DNA of 55,431 bases, counting the filler, from Squatina squatina (Eukaryota), in NCBI GenBank assembly GCA_031763465.1. It is 3 parts of 3 records of this genome, joined end to end, with 100 filler letters (N's around TTAATTAATTAA, not from the genome) between each part and the next. Parts side by side here need not be neighbours in the genome. Positions count along the whole stretch, not along the records: positions 35,646 to 55,431 come from JARFOE010000001.1; 2 more parts are not named here. One strand, written 5' to 3'. The notes beneath the pieces were generated by a model. The model was not told the origin of the DNA. It was given only the letters and a program-made list of their open reading frames with translations, and ran no database searches. Positions 35,602-47,830 of this stretch are shown here, piece after piece (within the stretch, counting starts at the first letter, position 1; every line of letters begins with the position of its first letter). The position numbers were made by a program, and so were the translations under genes.

Positions 35602-36772
35602 NNNNNNNNNNNNNNNNNNNNNNNNNNNNNNNNNNNNNNNNNNNNAATTTCTAAGTCTGTACGCAGGCAATAATTGAAGAATCTTTTCAGTTTTATTTTT
35701 AACATGTACACGTGTCACAAAAGGAAAAACGTGACCGCCTTTTTCTACGCAGGTTGGAAAGAAAAGCACAAAGCTGTATAATTGTACCAGATAATTATTC
35801 TGAAGATAAAGGTGTAAGTTTTGCTCCACATTCTGATATGGGATGTCTCCTACTTAGATAACAATTAGTCGACTCACCGGGAGAGTCACGAGTGCACATC
35901 AACAGTGAGGAAACTGAAGATGACACAATCCTGAGCCAGCAAATGACTGTGTGTGTGGTCTGGTTTGAATAATCATACTTTCTAAATTTACCACAATAAT
36001 TGCTTAAGACAAGGGTAAAATTAATCAGTACAGTGCCATCCCAAAGTGGGGATTATTTGAAACAAATGTCACATATGACATTGTAAGTGAAGTAATTTTA
36101 ATGTTTAGTGACTATAGTGTTTTAATGACTGACACAAAGTGTATGAAATATTTAATATATTCAATAAAAATGAAGTTTCCTTTTTTCTGTTATAGTAGCA
36201 TAAAAAATAGATTTTTGAAACAAGTGATCAGCTTTCAATCTTAACTGTATTTTAGTGAAGTTCAACAAGAATATCGCTAAATATTTAACCAGGAATGTGT
36301 TACATACTATCAGATCTCCCATGATGCTCATGGGGAATTAGAAGATACACTATCTTTTAACAACAAGCACATTACACGATATAATTCACTATACATTATA
36401 GCATATAGAAGATAGCCCATGACTTTGGATATCAGTAACTTACAGAAAGGCTGGAACCACTTGGTGGCAAGCCCTGCCATTCCTCTCCGAGCTCTCNNNN
36501 NNNNNNNNNNNNNNNNNNNNNNNNNNNNNNNNNNNNNNNNNNNNNNNNNNNNNNNNNNNNNNNNNNNNNNNNNNNNNNNNNNNNNNNNNNNNNNNNCAAC
36601 CGCCGCCGTGGTTGCAACGTCTGCAACTTTAACCGACTCCCTGGAGTGGGCAGTAGGGACACACGCCCGGAGTCAACAGGGTCCTTCTTTACATATGCAT
36701 GTCGCGGCCCGAGGACATGATTGAGACCCGGCTGTAATTTTAACTCGGGCCTGAGCAGGGAATCCACCTGGA

Positions 36773-36860
36773 GTTCAAAAGTATTTCCTTGACTGCAAAG
36801 TGCTTTGGGACGTCCTGAGGTTGTGAAAGGTTGCTCCAGAAATGCAATTTCTTTTTTTTT
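36773..36860 (+). mobile_element. Deu-SINE 3' tail fragment
   Basis: ttcaaaagtatttccttgactgcaaagtgctttgggacgtcctgaggttgtgaaagg aligns to the end of 37887-38313. Confidence 0.7.
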
Positions 36861-37284
36861 ATTATGGTAGGGTTAAAAGGATTTACAGGGCAGGTCACCC
36901 AGTCATTTCCCCAGCCTGTGTAGCTGCTTTTAATTATCCAATTCATTCTGTTTCTTGTCAGTGCATGCTCTTCACTCTCTCATTCCTCATAATATCGAAC
37001 AAGGGATTTTATTAACTCTAAGCACATAGCAGAAGCCCAGATAGATTATGTGATTATACTCCAGCATATATGAGCAACAGCTGATACAAGTGAAATTCTA
37101 CCCCAGTATATTTGTCAGGAGAGTATGCTGATGTTAAAGAACATAATTCAAGGCACTGGTAGCCCTTCCAATGTGGCAAAGAAAGTTTACGCAACGCCTT
37201 ATCACCTCACTCACAGATGCCTTAAAGTACTTCACAGTCAATGAATTATAGTCAAGTGTAGAGACTGGTGTTACATAAAAGTTA

Positions 37285-37410
37285 GAACTTTCTATAGTGC
37301 TTTTCACACCTTCAGGACGTCCCAAAACGCTTCACAACCACTGATATACTTTTGAAGTGTAGTCACTGTTGTTTTGTGGACAAATGTGGCAGCCAATTTG
37401 CATACAAGGT
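37285..37410 (-). mobile_element. Deu-SINE 3' fragment
   Basis: Reverse complement of caaattggctgcc...aacagtgactacacttcaaaagta...gcgttttgggacgtcctgaaggtgtgaaaagcactata. Confidence 0.75.
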
Positions 37411-37886
37411 GTAAACCAGCAATGGATCATTTACCACCCAATATAATTCATTTGTCAGTATAAACAGCTATAATACAGGGGGGACAACAATTACAAGTTA
37501 TTTTGGTTCTCCCAACCCTGCTGGCCTACTGCTGTCTCCAGTCTGACATACAAAACATTTTAAATTTAGCAATATGCATGGACAAACTTGAAAGAATTTG
37601 AACAAATTAAATCCCAAGTTATTTATGAGGCAATGGCAAAACCAGTGCAGAATGTGCTGAAACTTTTGATCCATAGCAGGATACACTAAAGCAGATGATG
37701 GATGACAAAAAGCTGAGCATAAGCCCCAAGGAAGGATTTACAAATGATACAGAAAAGGGCATATGGCTGACATGGTATGTAAATACAACTCAAAGACCAT
37801 TTCTTTTTCTCTGCCATTCCCTACATTTCTCTCCAATTGCCCATTATAAAAGTTCATTATAATAACTACTTCAGTCATAATTATAT

Positions 37887-37894
37887 GTCAGCTA

Positions 37895-37927
<33 letters not shown>

Positions 37928-38313
37928 CAAAGGTTGTGAGTTCAATCCCCACTCCAGAGACTTAAGTACAAAAGGCTCACACTCCAGTGCAGTACTGAGG
38001 GAGTGGTGCTGTCCTTTGGATGTGACATTAAACCAAAGCTCCCTCAGGTGGAGGTAGAAGATCCTATGGCACTATTTCAAAGAAGACCAGTGAGGCTATC
38101 CCTGGTGTCCTGGCCAATATTTATCCCTCAATCAACATAATAAAAACATTATCTGGTCATTATCACATTTCTGTTTGTGGGAGCTTGCTGTGCGCAAATT
38201 GGCTGCTGTGTTTCCTACATTACAACAGTGGCTACACTCAAAGAAGTACTTCATTGGCTATAAAGCATTTTGGGATGTCCGCTGGTCGTGAAAGGTGCTA
38301 TAAAATTGCAAGG
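37887..38313 (+). mobile_element. Near full-length Deu-domain tRNA SINE (SacSINE1/AmnSINE1-related)
   Basis: A box tggctcagtgg, B box gagttcaatccc, central aagatcctatggcactatttcaaagaag...cctggtgtcctggccaatatt...gtttgtgggagcttgctgtgcgcaaattggctgctg (Deu domain), and an L2-like tail. Confidence 0.9.
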
Positions 38314-39110
38314 CTACCCTTATAATAAAGGTGTTTCTTGCTTTTCAAATTGTCTCACATCCCTCAGATTGGAGCTGGAAATGGTAGCCATCTTTTTAAA
38401 CATTATTGACTTTTAAGTATTCACAATATATTTAGCATTTGCAGAAAGTTATACTAATAACTGTGCATCTGTGGAATTGCCTAAAGTTCAGGTTCAAGTC
38501 GGATTTATATACAATATTGTATCCTTGAGAGCTGTTGAAAAGTATTGTAGTTGATCCTTGGTACTATTAAAGAATGAACCTTCATGACACATGTTTGTTT
38601 ACTTATTCCTCTAAGGGCTTGTAGCAAACAATTACTGTATGAATTTGGCATGTCGGTGTGAGTTTTGAAGTGCAGCGAGCTCTCTGGAGTTAGTAAGGAA
38701 CATTGTACAACTGGGGACTTGGAATCCTGGTGGGAGTTGCTGTGGTAAAGAACCTGTATTGGTGTGATTAGATCCTCCTCTATATTCAAACATTCACTCA
38801 TATACATCCAATTCCAGTGTAAAGCATGCCCTACATGTTGTCAGGTCATTGTCTAACAACGGCCTTGTGGTCTATAATAACTGTAAAAGGAAACTGTGTT
38901 TAGAATTGTAAGCAGCTCTTGTCATCGGTAGCACAGTGTTTCTCTGTGACAGTGAGGATGTGACTAGCATATGCAACAGCTATTTTATTTATGTGTTGAG
39001 CCAGTGTTGTTCCAATCGCATATTGTGCTGTATTACACAGTTCAATTGGCTGAAGTTTGGTAAAGTGATAACAGGGTAATATGATAAGGCCTGTTCCAGA
39101 AAAAAACTCC

Positions 39111-39467
39111 AGCCAGGAATTTGCGGTGAGTAATAACAGCGAACGAACAGTGTCGACCGTTATTACCCCTGTGAAACTGGCTGCAACTTCAGGGTTTAGT
39201 GTCCGTACATTCTAATGCGGAAATCCTGAAGTTGTGGTCAGTCATTCACTGCTCCGACACTGTGGCCCCTCCCACCCCCTCTCCCTCATAGCAGGCAATC
39301 AGAGAAATCGATGAATCAGAAAAATCTTTGGCTTTTCCGCCATAATATCGCTGTTAAATACCCCATTAAAAGTTAGATCTTGTTGGATTAGGCGTAACTG
39401 GGGTTTTGGCAGTGTATTGATTGCTACACAAACTATATGGCCCTGACAAACTCATTTTAATTTTGTA
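39111..39467 (+). mobile_element. MITE/non-autonomous DNA transposon, family B
   Basis: 5' end homologous to the reverse complement of 25911-26006; internal inverted repeat caacttcaggg...tcctgaagttg. Confidence 0.55.
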
Positions 39468-39585
39468 NNNNNNNNNNNNNNNNNNNNNNNNNNNNNNNNN
39501 NNNNNNNNNNNNNNNNNNNNNNNNNNNNNNNNNNNNNNNNNNNNNNNNNNNNNNNNNNNNNNNNNNNGGGAGCATTTTAACCATC

Positions 39586-39660
39586 AGGACTGCAGTGGTT
39601 CAAGAAGGGATGGGCAATAAATGTGAGCCTTGCCAGTGATGCCCACATCCCATGAGTGAT
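39586..39660 (+). mobile_element. LINE 3' tail fragment (13049 family), internally deleted
   Basis: ggactgcagtggttcaagaagggatgggcaataaatg...ccttgccagtgatgcccacatcccatga. Confidence 0.7.
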
Positions 39661-41129
39661 ACTAAAGAAGCAGGAAATTATTTCTACTGTTGCCCCAATT
39701 CATGCTACTTGTTTGTACAGAAGTGAAGTTGGTAATGCACATAGATTAACTTAGCTATGGAGCAATCATCAATTTTCATACTCAAATTTGTATTACTTTT
39801 TACTCTTTAATCAGACAAGCACGGCTCATCAGTCATGTTAGTATCAAAATGTGGAAATTCATTTTCTACAGAATTTTTTAAAAAGCCCATCAGAGTATCT
39901 CATGAATTAAAGGTGACAGCAGTGTTTGCTGAACTCAGAAAGGTTGATTTTCCTTCTGTTAAATTCTCACTTATTTAATTCCATCGCAAGTTAAATGATT
40001 TGTAGAATGAGCTACATCAAAATCAATTTTGACTTAGTTCAGATAATGTGAGCACATGCATACTGTATTGTTTAACCTATTGAGAAGCTGGAAGTCTCAT
40101 TTCCATAATATGAGATGAAGGCAGGGAAACCTGTCTCATTACCCTTTAAAGATAAACTTGCAGAAAATTAACCTTCACAAATTAAAGCAAGAGTAGTAGC
40201 AACATTTTCCTGACTCACACTTTACGGATGTATTATTTATTAGCCATTTGGTAACCCATCTGCTGATCATATCTGAAAATTTGATGGTGAAAGCACCAAC
40301 TGTGTTTTATGAGATGTAAACTTGCACTCATCCATAAGAAAGAAAAAGACCTATTGCAGATCGAGTTATCTACCAATCTGTGACACTAGTATTCTGGCCA
40401 GAATACTAGGACTATACTATGGTGAAACAACCATAGTTGCTTTGGGTCAGATTAGGTTTTTAGGAGTGTTTGTTGTTCCAAATCGGTTAAGGGTTCTCTG
40501 TAAATTCAGCGTTCTACGTTGGTGTAGGATTATTGGTCAGTTTAAGGTTTTGGGTTATCTTTGGGTTCTGAGTTGATTCAGGAAATTAAACGATGCATTG
40601 GTATGTCCAATTTAAATTGAAATTTGTTTTACATAAATATGATGTACATATTGTACTCCATTCACATGTGCTTTTGCCTGCCAGGATTGGAAGTCGCTCA
40701 GAGTGTTTTGCAGTTTGTTAATAGAATTGGATGGGAAGGAAAGTGATTTTTACTTCATTTTTCTGTTGCAAAAATTATTGGTCAAACTCTGCATTCAAAT
40801 ATGCAATACATTTGCATTGCTTCATATTAAATTTAGTTTGCTACTTGTTTGATTAATTATATAAATAATCAATAAGAAACTATTTTGTTGAAAATCCAAA
40901 ATGAAAAATGACCAGTCTCAATAAAGCCAAATAAGATATATTCCTCTTATGTTCAAGATAATTACAACTTACAGTTATTAACATTGTCTAAAATATGCCA
41001 GGTAAAATATTGGCATCATTCTCCAACTANNNNNNNNNNNNNNNNNNNNNNNNNNNNNNNNNNNNNNNNNNNNNNNNNNNNNNNNNNNNNNNNNNNNNNN
41101 NNNNNNNNNNNNNNNNNNNNNNNNNNNNN

Positions 41130-41256
41130 ACTGAATGCTAAAATCTACCATGTTATGATCACTACTTCCGAGGGGATCCTTTACTCTGAGATCGTTTATT
41201 AAGCCCACCTCATTACTCATCACCAGATCTAGGATAGCCTGTTCCCTGGTTGGCAC
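41130..41256 (-). mobile_element. CR1 endonuclease C-terminal fragment
   Basis: PTREQAILDLVMSNEVGLINDLRVKDPLGSSDHNMVDF; contains the APE-endonuclease LDL and SDH motifs. Confidence 0.92.
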
Positions 41257-41603
41257 ATTGCCCTGTTTATTTCATCATTCCCCACAGGCAATGACACAAG
41301 TTTCTCCTGTAAAATGAATTTGTTTTAAAATAGGTTTTGTCTATTTTTTGAGAAATGCCTCCCAGGTGGCATAAGATAGCTGCAATTATAGGTCTTCTGG
41401 TAGAACTCTGTTAAAGTGAAGGAAGAGGAAGTATATGCAAGTAGATGCTGTTAGGGAGATGGTGATGCATACTGTAAGATCCTAAGTTATTGAGACCCCC
41501 TTAATGAAAGTGTAGTGTGAAGAGTTAGTTCTATAGCTCTCAATTTTCGAGGGAAGACAGTGTGTTGGTGTCCAGGGTACCCAGGGAAGAACAGGGAGGG
41601 CAG

Positions 41604-41820
41604 CCTCGCCTGCCCTTGTCAAATCATTGAGCTTCTCTCAGCACTGGACTGCAGTCTTGCGCTGAGAAATATGACACTCAATGCTACTGCCACCAGCATC
41701 CATATAGCATGCAAAGCTGGTTTTTGAGCTTTTCTTCCATGCACACCCAGCAGTCTGTCTCTCCTTGGCTACATCTCATGTAGGTCGTTCTCTGTGCAAT
41801 TATGAATGCTTCTTCTAAGC
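41604..41820 (-). pseudogene. Decayed Myb/SANT-like DNA-binding ORF of a PIF/Harbinger transposon
   Basis: Minus strand RRSIHNCTENDLHEM*PRRDRLLGVHGRKAQKPALHAIWMLVAVALS then frameshift KTAVQC*EKLNDLTRAG, fitting the W..VA..VS...RT..QC.KK.NDL Myb/SANT (NAIF1/MSANTD-like) pattern. Confidence 0.65.
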
Positions 41821-42766
41821 CCATTTGCACCACACTCTTTGTGGGCCTCTGCTAGGTCATCCACTTGAAAGCATGTTGTCAAAGTGCCACAAGGTCACAC
41901 ATGAGCCAACGATGACATCTACCTGACATTTATTTCAGTCTGGTAAAAAGATTACCACTTGCCTGCTGCTCCCCCAGCCATTTTTGTTTTTTTAAAGGCT
42001 ACAATGGTAGTTTCCAAACTACCTTAGTGCAATACTTTTGTGTTAATCTGGATTTGCACCACTAAAATTCCAAAGGACATGCAAGCGAGCTGACCTCACA
42101 AACTATGGTAGGGTCACCTCTGTACAACATTGATGGGCTTACCTTGGCTAAGGGCGTAACACTGATTCCTCATTGGAATCTCTGGGTCAATATTGTTCCC
42201 ATTCTCGATTTCATATTCTTGTATCAAACATGACAATGTTGCAATTTCTCTCAAAACCCTGGGGAAAATTATATGAAAAAACTGCTAGATATATTATTAA
42301 AAATAAATAAAAGTATGTGATGTACTTAATTAGGACAGAAGTGCTGCAACCACAGCTATTTTCACTGAAATATTGCTGTTTCTAGCCATCTGTGTACCTA
42401 TGATTAAAAATGATTCAAAGTTATTTCATGAATCTGTGCATCCAGGCAGAATGAGATTTAAGAAAAAAAATCTGTTATTTTATCTGAACAAAAATATAAA
42501 TGCAATCTGATTTACTCAGCAATTTCTAATGCAATACTCTGTAGAATACTTGTACATGGATATTAAATTCCCTGCTCTAAATAGAATTTCGGTGTATGGA
42601 ACCTTTCAACAGTGTCATTTATAGACAAAATTGAAAAGTGATTCGTCAATCCTTTTAACTTTATATNNNNNNNNNNNNNNNNNNNNNNNNNNNNNNNNNN
42701 NNNNNNNNNNNNNNNNNNNNNNNNNNNNNNNNNNNNNNNNNNNNNNNNNNNNNNNNNNNNNNNNNN

Positions 42767-42860
42767 CTCCGAGTGTGCACAGACGCAGACGTCGTCTGCA
42801 TATTGCATCTCAGTGACGAAGATAGAGGTGACCTTGGATTTGGACTGAAGACGGTGTTTG
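42767..42860 (-). mobile_element. RTE-clade (BovB-like) LINE RT fragment
   Basis: RLQSKSKVTSIFVTEMQYADDVCVCAHSE; characteristic RTE xLQYADD...AHSE context. Confidence 0.85.
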
Positions 42861-45251
42861 AATGGTCTTTATAGAACAAGTAGGAAACTCTTCAACATCT
42901 AAGTATAACAGAATACCAATGGTTCAAAACAGGAACCATAAATACAGGCGTAGAACTGCACTGCAGCGTTATATAGTGCAGGTTTTATAATATATATTTT
43001 AAAGTCAATAAGAATAGTCAGCACTCATAAGATTAAAGAGGACTCGCTCTGTCTTTATTGGTATTATTTTCTGAATAATTGTGATATCCAGTGACAGATG
43101 TCTGACAAATATAAAGCTCAGCAAGCCTCTGAATATGGAAAGCATATCACAGTTCTCGCAGTGGATGATTTGGAGCTTTCCTGGCATGAAATAAAGGATG
43201 AAACTTTTTACTGAATTCTTTGCATTACCACAGCCTTTATATATACACATATTGAACTGGATGTTTGCTTCTGCTCCTCTGCTGCATAGCTTGACATTGA
43301 TTAAAATGAGGGATGCAACTCTTTGCACAACCCTTTGACTTTCCTCAAGCAAAGTCATTAAGTGCTGCTTACAGAATGGCTTATAGCTGCAGCTCATGAT
43401 TCATCAGAATGAAAGTCATGTATTTATCAATTTCCTTCCAATTAAAATTGCACAAAGCTTCTTCGTATTTTATAGTGAATGGCTTATTCAGGATATCCTT
43501 TCAACTCAGTAAGGTCCAGAGCAAAATCTTGGCTGTATTACAAACAACAAAATCTTGCAAGCATTAAGCAATTGAGTGTTCTGTTTAGTTAAGTGGGATG
43601 GCCATTATTATAGCAGAGGTTAAAGGACCATTGTTACAATACAATAGAAATGTTTCAGGATTGGTATTATTAGTGTTCTATATAATAGTCCAATAACTGC
43701 TATTGTAATAACAAGCTTGTTGGTATGTAGAAATGGCAATGAAAAATTATAAACAGATAAAGCACCGTTTCCAGATTTCCCATTGTCAGCAAAATGTTTT
43801 TGAAATTTAGATTGTTACATTATTCATATTAATGGGGAAACTGTTGCATCAGATCTAAAAACAGAATAAGCAAGGGTTGGGGACACTGATGATAATCTAA
43901 AAATATATTATGCAATGTTGGTTATGCATAGTCAGATTAAAAAATGATTTGTTCCTGCAACCTTGGTGGTTTTGTTTCTAGTTGAAGATTCTTAGGTGCC
44001 TTTTCCACTTCGGCTACTACATCTTACCCTCGAGCAATGGTCATGGTAATGGTAAACCTGGTGATTAATCTGTTGAGATTGTGATGTTGCACAAACCCAT
44101 GATCTTCTCTGCAGTTGGTGGCATTGCTGATGTATTATGGGCTCTTTTCAAATGGACGTGGACTTATAACTCTTCAGCAAATATTCATCAAGCTTTACAA
44201 CCTCAAGCTGGATTCTGAAGAGACTGTCACCTGCTAATGCCCAGCCTCTCTGTGCCATCCTAACTTTTGCCCATTTNNNNNNNNNNNNNNNNNNNNNNNN
44301 NNNNNNNNNNNNNNNNNNNNNNNNNNNNNNNNNNNNNNNNNNNNNNNNNNNNNNNNNNNNNNNNNNNNNNNNNNNNTGCGAATTCCTCATCGGAGCCAGT
44401 TAGCACCAGAAACAGGCATTATTCCCCTAGCACCCGTTTGGTGCTCATTCTGCACCTGTGCCCTATGAAACAGAAGTAAAATGTCAGTTTGTTAAGTATC
44501 ATTACCAGCTCAAAAATTCTTGCCTCCAACTGACAGGGAATTGTGGATGCACATTTTCAAACAGATACATACTGTCACATTTTAATAATTAATATCTCTA
44601 TAATTTAGTCTTCACCGTTCATTTTTGCAAAATATTTTCTCTACTGTTCAATACTGTTCCTATCTGAGAGAGCTGGCAGTTGGCCTTTTCCCCATATACC
44701 AGACCAAGTCAATTGAAACTGAAGTTAATGTTCAAGCCAATTGTTTGTCTCTATCAGCTTATTACTGACTAAAGGTTCTGAGCTAAGGACAAGGCACATA
44801 CAGCTCACTTAAGGAGCTGGTGAAATGTGGTGAACAGCTGTCAATATTTCAGCCTTCAGCTCAAAGATCACACTGAAATTGATGACAAATCTTAAAATAA
44901 CACTGCCTTTAGTAAAATAAATTGATCACGTGAGATATAATCCAATATCTTCTAAACATTACAATTCTAATTAAACATAAAATTGATAGCTTATCCCTCA
45001 TATTACATGAATTTGTATAATTCTTTACCTATATATTTGTTATTTTTTGAATTGCGTCCTTTAACTGTACATTTCTGCTTCTGTTTGCTTTCTTTCTGAA
45101 CCTACAGTAACACTTCTGTCTGCTGGTAACTGCTGCAAATGTGCCTGCCAGAATTCAGTGTTACTATATTTTACAGAGTCTGAATGGGCAGTTCAAAATT
45201 TCAAAGCTGAAGAAGCCATTGCTCGTTCCCGCCACGTATAGAAAGGAAAAA

Positions 45252-45650
45252 ACACAACAAACTTGGACTTATAACACTACTGTAACTTAGAAAAATAACT
45301 CAAGGCTCTTCACAAGTATTTAACCAGACAATAATTGATGNNNNNNNNNNAAAAGCTTAGTCAGAGGTCGGCTTTGGACAGGATCGTGAAGGAGGAGGGG
45401 GAGGTGGAGAGAATTCGAGAGTGTAGATGGCTGAAGGCACAATGGAAAATGGTGGGGAAAAGGGAGGGTGGGATTTACAAAAGGCCTGAGTCAGAGGGGA
45501 AGAGAATGCAGGGTAAGAGTTGTAGGGTTGGAGGAGATGATAAAGCTCGGGAGAGTCAAGGCCATGAAGGGTTTTAAGTTGGAAGAGAATGAGAATTTAA
45601 GCTGGTGGCATTGGGGAACTGGGAGCCAATTTAGCTCACAAGGACAGGGC
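45252..45650 (-). mobile_element. Older L2 LINE 3' end
   Basis: Aligns with 16529-16897 (caaggctcttcacaag, aaaagcttagtc, gctgaaggcac). Confidence 0.65.
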
Positions 45651-47439
45651 ACTGGAAGGTCCTGAGGTCATGAAATGCGCTATATAACTGCAAATCCTTC
45701 TTTCTTTCTATCCTACACCAAGTCCCACACACCCATCACCCTGTCCTTGGTGAGCTATCTTGGCTGCTAGTTCCCCTGTTCTGATCTGTTTATTTCTGTG
45801 CTGTGACAGTAGCTTTAACCTTTACACAGCAGCTTAGCAGTGTGCTATTTTCCACCATCTGAGAANNNNNNNNNNNNNNNNNNNNNNNNNNNNNNNNNNN
45901 NNNNNNNNNNNNNNNNNNNNNNNNNNNNNNNNNNNNNNNNNNNNNNNNNNNNNNNNNNNNNNNNNTTCATGAAAAAAGGGTTGGACTAATTTAAACAAAC
46001 TAATCACATTCAGATATTCAGCATCTAATTACAACAAAACAGAGAACTGTATTTTTACAAGGTTATGGCCGGAATGTAGGTAGAACAAAAGCATGAAATT
46101 GAAAATGAATAATATATGAGCCTCCATTTTCAGGCTTAGTTATATTTCCATGTTGCAACAAGATAGGGCACTGGGTTCATTGCTTATTTCAAGTGTGTAA
46201 CTGCAAGTGAGGCCATCAGGCCCATTAAATCCATCTTATTTAGAAGCAAGTTGTGATTATCATCAAGCTCAGTATTTACCTAAGAAATTTATGTAAAGCA
46301 CACATTACAAAATAACATGAAATTGAAGTAAACTATGGGTAGCCTTGCATATTGAAATTGCACATCTTTCACCCGAACATTTTTATATGTAAACAAAATG
46401 AAGGAATTGTTTAATCAGAGTTAAAATTAATGCAATTAAAAACATTTAACAACGAAACCAGATGAAATATGAATTAAAATTAGAATTCAAATTGCAAATG
46501 GTTTATTTGGTAAAGATTTTAACTTACGTTCATTTGAATCAATGTGTTTATTTCATTCTACTCTCTGTTTTTGACCTAGTTAATAAATCGAGTAGTAAAG
46601 CATGCTACATCGCTAAGCCTCTGACCTATANNNNNNNNNNNNNNNNNNNNNNNNNNNNNNNNNNNNNNNNNNNNNNNNNNNNNNNNNNNNNNNNNNNNNN
46701 NNNNNNNNNNNNNNNNNNNNNNNNNNNNNNTTTTCCTTGATGTCATACACTGGGACATCATATCAATTTATTTAATTTCCAAATTATGTTGAACATATAA
46801 GGCTGCTCCCCTCTCCTGTCTTTTCTATCCTCTGGAACACCCTAGACCCTGCATATTGAATTCATCCCATATTCTGGGATTTCAAAGATGGATTCTCCAG
46901 TTGAACTATTTTTCATTAAAATATAAAAATATAACCTAATTTTCTCAAAGGCATTTTATCTGCCTTTAACTTTACACTAGGTCTGTTCTCACCCATACGT
47001 TTCAAATAATATGACCTGCCACGCTGAGAGAAATGTGGAAGCTTCAATGTCTAAGAATAATTTGCTTATCCAAGCAAAGTAAAGTTATTTGTAGACTCCA
47101 TTTATCCTTATCAAAGGAAAGTAGCTGTACTAAATCCCTAAGGAAAATCAAGCTAGGTGTCAAGGTTATACTGAAATTGAGAATTTTTGAAATATTTATG
47201 CGACTCTGACAGCCAAAACCTTTTAATTTTATCCAGGTCTATAAAACATGGACTAAGATCCATGTCTGTAAATGAGTTCTGTAACAATACGAGTTATTAC
47301 TAAGATTAGCTCAGCAGAGCCAAGGGGTAACTGCATACATATGATATAAGATTTTAAGCTGGATAAGATTTGCACTGACCTATCGTCGTGTAAATTAACT
47401 CTACTCAAATGTTCTCCCTCCTATAAGATCAAGACATAA

Positions 47440-47593
47440 GGGGGAGTGAAATTCAGTTTCAGTGGGTACAAAACAGGCAGTGGCGGATCAGCCACCTCTT
47501 ATACAAACCGTCCAATTTTCAGGCAAGGTGAATAATGGGTAGCCGATTTTCTACCTCCCACTTTACACCCCACTGAAGTTTAATTTCACCCCC
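47440..47593. mobile_element. Complete 154-bp palindromic MITE
   Basis: Left gggggagtgaaatt..tttcagtggg versus right ccccactgaag..aatttcaccccc; imperfect inverted symmetry extends over most of the element; preceded by TAA. Confidence 0.7.
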
Positions 47594-47756
47594 AACATCG
47601 TTTAAAACCTTTGTTTAACATGATTTGTTTTTCTGCTGCCACCAACAATAACTAAGATGAATGTTACATTTTTGGGTCCTATCATTATTTTAGGTTAAAC
47701 TTATTCCAGCTTGAGGCTGGGGAGAGGGGGGTGTCGGTGGGGGCTGTGAATTCACA

Positions 47757-47830
47757 GGGGATGGGGGGAATCGGACATCACGGGGTGGGGGGAATCGGAC
47801 ATCGTGGGGGTGGGAGGAATTGGACATCGC
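47757..47830 (+). repeat. Short tandem repeat, about 24-bp unit ggggtggggggaatcggacatc
   Basis: Three diverged copies before a gap. Confidence 0.75.

Noticed and set aside
37887-37960. tRNA-like A/B boxes
   Set aside because: SINE head continuing into a Deu domain; no intact cloverleaf, so not a tRNA gene.
44114-44236. Acceptor-like cttctctgcAG followed by open frames
   Set aside because: Both open frames terminate without a convincing donor or any recognisable homology.
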